Positions 53,300 to 63,180 of a DNA stretch of 64,000 nucleotides are shown here, piece by piece (position 1 is the stretch's first letter; every line of letters begins with the position of its first letter). Origin of the DNA: Macrostomum hystrix (taxonomy: Eukaryota > Animalia > Platyhelminthes); assembly GCA_950097015.1 (NCBI GenBank), contig CATNEN010000011.1, positions 4,650,001 to 4,714,000 on the forward strand, written 5' to 3'. The notes below the pieces were generated by a model, which saw nothing but the letters and a program-made list of their open reading frames with translations, did no database searches and was not told where the DNA came from. Made by a program: the position numbers and the translations under genes.

Positions 53300-53410
53300 T
53301 TTCAAGATTCATTGGAACAAACTACAAGTGCCTTTATCAAGACACTTTAACTCTGCATTGCTTCAGTTCACACAGATGTTAACAGGGTACCAACATCAGT
53401 TGGGGTCACT
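53300..53410 (+). mobile_element. Degenerate family A SINE core fragment
   Basis: CAAGACACTTTAACTCTGCATTGCTTCAGTTCACACAGATGTTAACAGGGTACC matches 16547-16598. Confidence 0.75.
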
Positions 53411-55189
53411 GAGGGTAGGCTTGGCATTCTTAGTTCTTCCTCTCTTGAACTATACTCTTTTCTCCCCTCTACTCTACTCTTTACTTTCTGTTCCTTTCTT
53501 TATGCCTGGTTTCTTTTTATAAGAATTCCATGTTGCTTCCTATTTGGATTTAATTCCTAACAAAATTTATCAATAAAAAGCAATTCAAAGATAATAATGG
53601 TACAACAGAAATTACAAATGTCTTATTTTATTACTGCATGGCATATTTCTGCATGAAAAAGTAATATGCCACTTGGTACCCAGTAATTTACCTAAAATTA
53701 TCAGTTAATAAGGGCACATGCACAGCCCTTATGACAAAAAAACACTTTGCCATATTGAGGGGCTTAGTAACATGCAATAAGCAATTTGCCTGAACTGCAC
53801 TTGACTGCTTAACCTATACCATTACCTTAACCTTAACCTATACTATATGGCCAGTTGATTTAGTTGCCATTTTCACATTGCAAAAGTTTTGCTATTACAC
53901 GTTGCGATCAGTATAAAATTTTAAACAACTGTAAATAGCTTGTTACTAAAATAATTTTGCATGTGTTTGTATTCTAGTTGGGCTACTCCTAAGTGGACCA
54001 TTACCACTTACACAAAATTATTATGTGAAACTAGCATTACAAGGCTGGTTCCTAGACACTTTTCAAATTGGACACTTTGTCATCTAGCCACTTGGCAAAT
54101 ATTTCAGTTAAAGTTAGGTCATTTTGTCACCTATCATTAGAAACTAGAGTGTTGACTTGTTTTATAGTTGCTAATGTGTATAGTATATTAAAAAACCAAG
54201 GGAAAACTGTATCTGTTCCAAAAGATAAAAATAGTTCAATTTATTTAGTCATGTTAAATTCATGTTAAAATTCTAAATTCACGCAAAGCATAAAGACAGC
54301 AACAAAACAACAAAACAATGATTAATTTGCTGGCATCAGTTAAACATGCACCCTGCTATAAATTATATAGATGATGAAGTGCTTACAAGTCTTGGTCACA
54401 ATGTCATCTACCCTCTTAGACCATGTACATTTCATCATCCAGATGACAAAAACTGGATGACAATGTGTCCAGGAACTTTTAGGCAGTTTGGAATAACAAT
54501 TTTTTCACTTGCTTAATTTTACCAAACTAGAGAAAGTAGTTAGAAACTACCTAGTATTTTCTACCAACCTACCAACATGCTTAGTCACTTAACTGTGAAA
54601 AATATGAACTTTGAAATTAGCTAGGGCCTATTTTCTTTTTATTTGGAGTATTAATATACAAATATAAATAACTAATAAATTGCAATGGCAGTTAAAAATA
54701 GTTGATATGACTTGATATGACTCGCAGCTACACATAGAGCCTGCTGACACAATACAACTAAAAATTTGCTAGCTATACTGCTTCAGTGTTTCACTGCTCT
54801 GACTGATTCATTCTCATAGCAACAGTTATGAGAATAAAGTCATATAAAGTCATAACCAACAACTCAAGATCAAGACTAGAGTCAACAGTGAAGTCCAGAT
54901 TGTAACCACACAAAATTACGAGTATATTAACGACTTAGTTAAGTCCCTACCACAAATTTAATGTCATACAAAGCAAAGCGTAGACAAAGCTTTTTACTTA
55001 CAATTAATAACCTTATCACAATATGACATGATGTAGTCTACAGTCTTTAATAATTATTTCTATCCTCTAAGCTTTTAGATTGCCGCTCATATTCCGAGAT
55101 TTGCTTAACATAAACAAAACACGATGTCTATTTTGCTGATAGAATCGACGACAAAATAACATCATATTTTAATTTGTGTTAGAGTTTTA

Positions 55190-55630
55190 TAATTTTCGCT
55201 ATTCAATGGCGGGCTCTATTTTTTCTGAATCAAAGTCTTTGGCTAGCCTATTGAAGCCGTTGAGCAGTAAAACCAATATCCCATCTCCAACCTTGCAAGT
55301 CTCCTATAACTTCTCAACAAGGGCTTCCTGCCTTCCTGCCTTCAGCAGCAGTATCTTGTTAACTTTTATGAAGACAGAAACGACTCCATCGGGTACCGCT
55401 CCGACGACGAACCTAAATCTAGGTCCTAATCCAATCATCGTATCAATCTCCATCATGGGGCTCCGATCGTGAGTTCCGCATCCGCTCTAAAGCCACTGGC
55501 CTCTCATTGCTCACACAAGTCCTAGCACATTGATCGCTTCTTGTAGTGAAAGGACGACACCAATTTACGCACAGCACTCACTTCCCCGAGATCCATCCGT
55601 CAAAAAGCTTCGCATTAGCTCACATTCCGA
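55190..55630 (+). pseudogene. Intronless degraded AlkB-family (ALKBH2/3-like) 2OG-Fe(II) dioxygenase relic
   Basis: Across frameshifts: YLVNFYEDRNDSIGYRSDDEP (55352-55414) / LGPNPIIVSIS / DREFRIRSK...LAH*SLLVVKG / QHSLPRDPSVKKLRIS / TFR (ends 55630). This is the order of AlkB motifs N-Y-D-D-IG-HxDDE, SLS.G.R.F, HGSLL.M, H.LP, RI.LTFR. Confidence 0.82.
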
Positions 55631-55779
55631 TGAGTCAAATCGACAGCCATTCACAACCTTACAATTCTCCAAGGTCAAGGTATTCCTGACACTGTGTCAT
55701 CTCCTCCAGTCCATCCAAACGATGTAAATGATCCAGCGAGCTTCGCAGCTGCGATCTGGCCATCTGGTCATTCTGATGA

Positions 55780-56058
55780 ACTGAAGGTGGCTGTTCAGAT
55801 GGACTGAAGGTGGCTGTTCACATGGACTGAAGGTGGCTGTTCAGATGGACTGAAGGTGGCTGTTCACATGGACTGAAGGTGGCTGTTCACATGGACTGAA
55901 GGTGGCTATTCACATGGACTGAAGGTGGCTGTTCAGATGGACTGAAGGTGGCTGTTCAGATGGACTGAAGGTGGCTGTTCAGATGGACTGAAGGTGGCTG
56001 TTCACATGGACTGAAGGTGACTATTCACATGGACTGAAGGTGGCTGTTCAGATGGATT
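55780..56058. repeat. 23-nt minisatellite (GACTGAAGGTGGCTGTTCACATG)n
   Basis: About 12 tandem units. Confidence 0.95.
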
Positions 56059-56474
56059 GAATGTTGCATTCGTTTTCTGATCGTAGATCATATTTACAGT
56101 TCTGATTTTGTTTCAGATGTTTTAACCTAAATGAAATTAGCTAATTGTGATACTATAATTGAGCGTAGATTTTTAAGCACTTTTAACTTTTAAACTACAA
56201 GCCAGTATTAACTGATCAGTGCAGCTTATCAGCTTGAGTATTGAAAAACTATTTAACACAGACATATATATTTAGTTGTTAAATACTACAAACTTGGCCT
56301 GCTTGAGATTTGCAACGAGAACCAGTCAGTTTTTGTTATTGAGAAGATACTTTTAGTGCTTTGATTTTTTTAGTGCATTTTCTGAGAGAACTTTCAGAAC
56401 ATCAATATGATCAATACTTTTAAACTTTTAATAAATTCCAAAATCAACACATCGAACGAAACATGCAAAAAATA

Positions 56475-59014
56475 TCAGGGCAAAGTCAACAGCACAGGCA
56501 GCAGCATCGCTAGCAGCATCGTGCAGCCCAGCAGTACGGATCCGGACGGCGAAGTCCGGCTTGAAGCACACGCAGCAGTCCTGGCTGCATCAGCAGCAGT
56601 CGTGGCTGCACCAGCAGCAGTCGTGGCTGCATCAGCAGCAGTCGTGGCTGCACTAGCAGCAGTCGTGGCTGCACCAGCACCAGTCGTGGCTGCACCAGCA
56701 GCAGTCGTGGCTGCACCAGCAGCAGTCGTGGCTGCACCAGCAGCAGTCGTGGCTGCACCAGCAGCAGTCGTGGCTGCACCAGCAGCAGTCGTGGCTGCAG
56801 GCCCAGCAGTCGTGGCTGCACCAGCAGCAGTCGTGGCTGCACCAGCAGCAGTCATGGCTGCACCAGCAGCAGTCGTGGCTGCACTAGCAGCAGTCGTGGC
56901 TGCACCAGCAGCAGTCGTGGCTGCAGGCCCAGCAGTCGTGGCTGCACCAGCAGCAGTCGTGGCTGCAGGCCCAGCAGTCGTGGCTGCACCAGCAGCAGTC
57001 GTGGCTGCACTAGCAGCAGTCGTGGCTGCACCAGCAGCAGTCGTGGCTGCAGGCCCAGCAGTCGTGGCTGCACCCGCAGCAGTCGTGGCTGCAGGCCCAG
57101 CAGTCGTGGCTGCACGCCCAGCAGTCGTGGCTGCACCCGCAGCAGTCCTGGCTGGATCAGCAGCAGTCGTGGCTGCAGGCCCAGCAGTCGTGGCTGCAGG
57201 CCCAGCAGTCGTGGCTGCAGGCCCAGCAGTCGTGGCTGCACTAGCAGCAGTCGTGGCTGCACTAGCAGCAGTCGTGGCTGCACTAGCAGCAGTCGTGGCT
57301 GCACTAGCAGCAGTCGTGGCTGCACTAGCAGCAGTCGTGGCTGCACTAGCAGCAGTCGTGGCTGCACCAGCAGCAGTCGTGGCTGCACCCGAAGCAGTTG
57401 CGGTTGCTGGCCGAGCAGTCATGGTTATTGAAATACATTCAGAATAGTTTTCGTTTGGTGTACATTCGTAAGGTTTAAAGTTCCGAGCAACTTGAGAATT
57501 GCCATGCGATCGCACCGCGCCTTGACGATATCTGTTGACAATCGATTTACAGCCGATGTAGATCTCATGGTATTTTGTTCCAGGAAAAATTTCATACTTG
57601 AAGCACTTTTCCGATGGTGGACAAAAGGGCCTTAAGATTTTTTAAGCAAAATATTGTCTATGGCAGCTGTGTAGGCAAAGCTTGGCAGAAAAGCTAGCGT
57701 ACACTTCTGTGCTCAATAACTCGCCTCTAGAGCAATTTTTCGTAACCAAATTTTTGTGGGAAAAACTTAATTACATATGTTTACTGTAGACCTGTTAAAT
57801 TACTGGGCTATAGGCCTATAGCTACTCACTCACAGTGAGCGCACAAAGTGTTTTTTGGGACACCCGTTATATGGAACGATGAGCCAGAATAGAAGAAACG
57901 ATTTTAGTTTATCACAGCGACAACAAGACGCTTTCATTTTCTTTCGGTTGATCAGTTAAGCAATAATTGACGCCCCAAATTTCTGTACGTGATCGACATA
58001 CATTCAATGTCTGTACATTGAATGCATGTTTCCCATGAGCCCATACTTGATAGACTTTTTAGACAGAGCCAGGTTAACGAAAACTAATTACTTTTCTTCA
58101 AGCACATCAAATAGTTCTTTCTCAGATTCCCCAGCACCTCAGATCCCACATCCTATCCACAGATCCCATATCCCAGAAAATACATCAAATATGGGATACC
58201 GCGGATCCTACATCCGAGATCTTGTATCGCATACGACGGACCCCAGATCCTAAATCGCAGATCCCGAATCGCACATTCCGAATCGTGATCGAAAAATCAC
58301 TTTCAAGTTCCAATCAACCCGAATAATAATAGAGAGCGGAGGGACAGGATTTTGAAGGGTCTGCATGAGTGGGGTCTCACAATGAGTCATGCTCAGCCAG
58401 GCCGCGGGCAATAGCACATAGCTTTTTTACAATTCTACCCATTCCGCTGACTCCTGAGCACACTCTCATACTGATACCGTACACTGAAAAGATGCCGCAC
58501 AGTGTGTGTATACTTTAGGCAGTGTACACTCTCACTGTGCCTTAGAGGTTGGCCCTAAAGGGCATAAATTGCACAACAAGCCCCAAGCTTGCACCCCTAG
58601 TATAATAATAATTGCAGGAGGGCTGCGGGCAATGGCACATCATTTGGTGACACTAGACCCGCAGCCAGCGAGGAGGCAATTCTGCCCATTTCGCTGACTC
58701 CTGAGCACACACGCACACAGATACTGTACGCAGGCACACGCTCACACAGGTATGTACATCTGCCCTGACTTTCTCATCGTCAGGCAGTGTACACTTTACT
58801 GTGCCTTAGAGGTTCGCCCTCAAGGGCATAAATTGCACGACAAGCCCCCAAGCCTTCTCTCCGCGGCTGCGGCCCAAAATGAATTTGGTGTTAACCGCTC
58901 TGCCACTCACGCCCCCTCGAGCTCGATGGGACAGGCAAATTTGTCTCGCAGATGAAGCAGACACCTGAAGCAATGAAGCAGGACTTCATTGAAATGGGGA
59001 TAATTTCCAACAAA
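56475..59014 (-). CDS. Ly6/uPAR (three-finger)-like domain + Thr/Ala mucin stalk + GPI-signal protein (5' end unresolved)
   Basis: Exon 59014-58911 (cag|FVGNYPHFNEVLLHCFRC...ACPIELEG|gtgagt, phase 2) joins exon 57630-56475 (PFCPPSEKCFKYEIF...IYIGC...YEC...SEC, then 18-nt coding repeats encoding AATTA(A/G), then ASSRTSPSGSVLLGCTMLLAMLLPVLLTLP*). No signal-peptide exon was securely identified. Confidence 0.72.
58440..58910 (-). mobile_element. Two tandem SINE family B copies (one partial, one near full length with a (TAA)n/(TTA)n tail)
   Basis: Family B body at 58440-58600 and at 58600-58910; tail TATAATAATAATTGCAGGAGGGCTGCGGGC. Confidence 0.85.
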
Positions 59015-59164
59015 CTGTTGAAACTTCTATCCATCAACGTATTTCTCGTATTAACCTTTCTAAAAAGTTTTGTGAGCGCAGCGTGAGACTCCTCATCCGC
59101 GACACAAGTATTTTTGTTAAAACTTATCTCTAACTATTAATATAGGACCATCATGTGACTCTCA

Positions 59165-60023
59165 ATGGCAACTGATAGGACACAGGGCAGGTAAGTTCCA
59201 TCAGGTATCTCACAGGGGTGAGATAATCTTTAAAGTCCGTCTGTACTGCAGGTGGTACTGAGAAGAGAGTTGCAAAAAATATTCGCATCTGACTGGCTCA
59301 ATGAATTTTATCTTGCTTTGACTCTGCGTTTTCAGCAGCTCCATCGTGCTAATCTCGCTGGCCCTGCAGACCAGCCTGAACTTCTCTGAGATCAACGGAG
59401 CGCTGTGCATTCAGAGCCAGTTCGTTGACACCTCTACCGGTGTGCGCAGCGACATGGAATGCGCAGTCGGATGCGCCAGAAACGATCGCTGCCAGGCCTT
59501 CAGTCTGCACTTCGGACTCTGCCAGCTGTTCGTATTCGACAAGTGCAGTAAAAACGTGCGCGTCTGCGGCGTCTGCGACAGCACTGGCCGACTGTACATC
59601 AAGCAGCAGGCCGGACTGCCAGCAGGAGCTCTGTGCCCCAGCGGATTCTCTGACGACCTGTGCGGCGCTAAGTACAAGCTGGTGCCCGGCAGTAGCTGGA
59701 ACGCATACAAGACTGTCGCCGATGCTCAGCCAGGACTCGTCATCATGGCCGACGTGATCGACGAAACCGAGTGGTCTCACCTGCTGAGTATCACCTGCTT
59801 CAGAAGCAGGTCTCACCTGTGGAGCTTCTCAAGAAAAGCTGGTAGTCGTGATTCTGGGTGGGAGGCAGGCTCCTGGAAGTGCTGAGCCAACTGGCGGCTG
59901 GTGAGCAACAACATTCCCATCAGCGCCACCAGCCGCCTGTGGTGAGCTAGCGAGCCCAATAATGTGGACGGTGCGGAGAACTATCTGATTGCCGATAAAA
60001 TTAAGCTGATGGACTCAAAGTAA
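59165..60023 (+). pseudogene. PAN/apple + C-type lectin-like secreted protein gene with two in-frame TGA codons
   Basis: Exon 59165-59190 (ATG...AG|gtaagt) joins 59336 onward in phase 2: hydrophobic SSIVLISLAL, PAN-like ECAVGCARNDRCQAFSLHFGLCQL, then a CTL-like region. TGA at 59883-59885 and 59943-59945; the frame continues ...LW*ASEPNNVDGAENYL...TAA at 60021-60023. Confidence 0.72.
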
Positions 60024-60751
60024 ATTGATGCTACTTACCATTGAGGCGATCTGGATGCGTGTCTTCATTCGACTAAATTATTTTCGCTCGATGGCTTTTG
60101 TTCGAGTGGCTGCGACCAGAAATTCAATCTTAGAGACCAGCTCCGATTTTGAGGTGTGTCCAACAAAATATTTGAAATATGCTTTTTGCACAGAACAAAA
60201 TTTCCGATTTACTATGAAATATTCTGTGCTTTAAACTAATAAAACACTGACGTGCTAGGAATCGAAATAAGCAAATCGATAAGACGCCTTTTAAGTCCTC
60301 AAATCGTTTCTCAGCTCTCGTTTTGAGGTCTGATTTAATGGCTTGAAAAACAAACATATACCACATACAGTTCAGCATTCAACAAAAAGAAAAGCTTCAC
60401 TATACGATTTTTTGTATTTTAAACAGTTGTTTAAGTACAGTAAAGTAAAGTAAAATATATGCTATTGGACCACTCAAAGAGAAAGTAGTTAAATTGAACA
60501 GTAGTACATTTATCATTACACCATATACTCGAGAAAATTATTTATAAATTATTGGACGTACGAGATACAAATCGTGGAGTCCATGAAGAAATTCCTAATA
60601 AAAAGTTAGTATAGAAAATCGACTTGCGATTATCGAAATTCTATGCTATGCTTAGATTTACTGGAACCAGTTCTTGGCACTGATTTAAAAATAGAACCAA
60701 AAACATTCTAGGAAAAGAGTTTGTCTTTGAATATGTATTTGAAAAGAAATT

Positions 60752-63180
60752 CTATTCTGCCAGGGCAGCCTTCAGTCTAGAAAACTCGGACGAAAATGGG
60801 TCCAAGTTGCCGCCGCTAAATACCACGCCGACACGCTGGCAAATAGAAGCTGGTGGCAGCACCGAGTCCGCTAGGCGAACAGCGGAATACAATGCCGCCC
60901 CGCTGGCCGCCTCAACCGTCTGCTTGAGGTAGCGCGCTGCTAGTCTCACACCCTCGGCCATGCCGGCATCGCTTACGGTGAAAACGCTTCGTTCAGCGCA
61001 GCTATGCAGCACGGAGAGGGCGAGCGAAGCCACTGGACGAATGCGGAGTGACTCGGCTGCGGTGGGCAGAAACTCGTCTGAAGTGCTCTGACATTGGCCA
61101 GCGATGAGACTGGCTGCGAGATCCTGCACAAATTAAGCGAGGAACAATTAGATATTCGTATTCAGGGCATTGCAGGGGGCAAGGATTAGACGACCAACCA
61201 AGGTCCCTGAGCTCGATTTCCCGAAAAGGACACGTTTGTTTAGGGAGACAGCCGCGGAGACAAGGCTTGTCGTGTAATTTTCATCCTAGAGGGCTAACCT
61301 CCAAGGCACAGTGCAATGCCCGCTGTTGAGAAATTCAGGACAGATGTACGCACATGTGCCCATGTGTGCTCAGGAGTCAGCGAAATCGGCAGAATTGCCT
61401 CTGGCTGCCACTGTCCACTGTCACCAAAGAATATACCACGCAGTGCCCACAGCCCTCCTGCGATTATCAATGTTCGATTCCTAAATATTTTAACGGCCTC
61501 CGAATCTTCGATGGCCCCGCTTCGCCACAGCATGTATCTGGAGTATATACCGGATCGAGACACCATATAATGTTTGTTAAAGTGCGACCATCGATACTCA
61601 CATTGACTGTTGCTCAGACCGCTTAAATTAATATTTGTGCATTAATTTATTACGAACGCTGGATATCCAATCAAAATTCAGGGCCTTACCTTGCCGGCAG
61701 CTTCAACACAGAAGATCCGCGTTGTGGATGCTCCAGCTGCCACCACGATGGACGCCAGTGCGATTCCGGCAGCCAGGCCGCCACCGCACACCGGCACCAG
61801 GACAGCGTCCAATCTGGGTGCCTGATCAAACAGCTCAAGGCCGACACTGGCCTGACCCGCGATCACGTCCCATTGATCGGATGAGGGCACCATGTACAGG
61901 TTCCTGTCAGCGGCTAAGCGTTCGCACAAACGACGTCTGTCTGCGTAGTTTGGCTGGCAACAGGTTCCTGTCAGCGGCTAAGCGTTCGCACAAACGACGT
62001 CTGTCTGCGTAGTTTGGCTGGCACAGGTGCACCTCGGCCCCGTAGCTGGACATGGCATCAATCTGCGATGGGTTTGTTTTAATTTGGATTGCCTTAAAAC
62101 CTGTTCAAGAACTTATTGCACTTGGATAATTTCCACCAGAGTGCGTATTTTCATTGTATTCAAAATAGCCGCCATCGGTGGGGAGTCAGAGTGATTGACG
62201 CGTTTGCCTTCTTACCGAGGTCCCTGAGCTTGATTCCGCCGCGAGGCCGCATCAATTCGGGGCGCAGACAATTAGAGAAAGCTCATGAAATCCCATGTGG
62301 GTCAACCCCCAAGGAGCAGTGGGAATGTACGCTACTTGAGGACGAAAAGGTCAGCGCAGTTGTATACCGCTCTTGTGTGTGGGCGTGCCTAAATACAAGC
62401 GTATCGTGTCTGGTGAGTGTGTGCGGAGTCAGCGGAATGGCCAGAATTGGCTTCGTGCTGGCTGCCTGTCGATAGCTTATTCATGAGTGCCAGTGCCCAC
62501 AACCCTCCTGCAAATATTATTATTATCGTCTTAGCATGTCACATTCGCATCGATCAAATATTATTTTTTCCATTTATGGCGTTTATACAAACTGAAAACG
62601 AATTGTGTCATTTAAAAAAATGCATGTACCATTGAGCGTCCCCATTCTAATAAATAGACGTTAAATGTGCTTACTTTCGCGTACGTCAGGTGCTCGCCGC
62701 TTGTACATAAGAAGGCTACAATTTTATTACAATCAGAATGTTCGACAGTTATGCAAGGATCCCTTGAATGCTACATATAAACTCGCATCTCACTACACAA
62801 ATAAACAATCTGCATAATCCACAATTGGTTACCTTAGCAGCCGGCGTATCTGCAGGAACCACAACTGCGCACGTCAGTCGGAGTCTATCTGCTGCCCAGG
62901 CCAGTGCCTGGCCGTGATTGCCGCTGCTGTGTGTCACCACCCCGGCATAGCCTTGCGGCATGCTCAGAAGAGCGTTCAGCGCACCTCGGAGCTTAAAACT
63001 ACCTGTCCGCTGCAGATGCTCGCACTTAAAGTACAACTGTCTGCCGTTGGACATTGTGTCTAAAAGGGATGACGTCATCACCGGTGTGACTCTTGCGTAC
63101 GGTCGAATTCGTTCAGCAGCAGCAATCAACTCGGTGCTTTCAGGCCATTGTGCCTTCATTTGTTGACATCTGTACGACAT
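60752..63180 (-). CDS. SRR: Serine racemase-like PLP enzyme (threonine dehydratase fold); 3 exons, ~342 aa without the exon 2 duplication
   Basis: Exons 63180-62833, 62062-61690, 61123-60752 (phase 0). TPVMTSS, FKCEHLQRTGSFKLRGALN (PLP Lys), THSSGNHGQA (Ser at the human S84-equivalent position), VIAGQAS, VPVCGGGLAAG, SGGN. Exon 2 contains a 64-nt tandem duplication. Confidence 0.85.
61195..61475 (+). mobile_element. SINE family B copy in SRR intron 2
   Basis: Head AAGGTCCCTGAGCTCGATTTCC, body GTGTGCTCAGGAGTCAGCGAAAT, end GCCCACAGCCCTCCTGCGATTAT. Confidence 0.82.
62212..62525 (+). mobile_element. Diverged SINE family B copy in SRR intron 1
   Basis: Head ACCGAGGTCCCTGAGCTTGATTCC, GTGTGCGGAGTCAGCGGAAT, end GCCCACAACCCTCCTGCAAA(TAT)n. 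Confidence 0.75.

Noticed and set aside
53706-53733. Hairpin ATAAGGGC-N9-GCCCTTAT as a Helitron end
   Set aside because: No following CTRR terminus; an 8-bp stem is expected by chance.
56407-57447. 346-aa plus-strand VVAAPAA ORF
   Set aside because: Antisense mirror of the coding 18-nt repeat. The minus strand has the Cys domain, splice sites and GPI signal.
60752-63180. Functional metabolic cluster of racemase, amine oxidase and phosphatases
   Set aside because: No shared pathway can be shown. The oxidase is MAO/PAO-type rather than a D-amino acid oxidase, and unrelated genes are interleaved.
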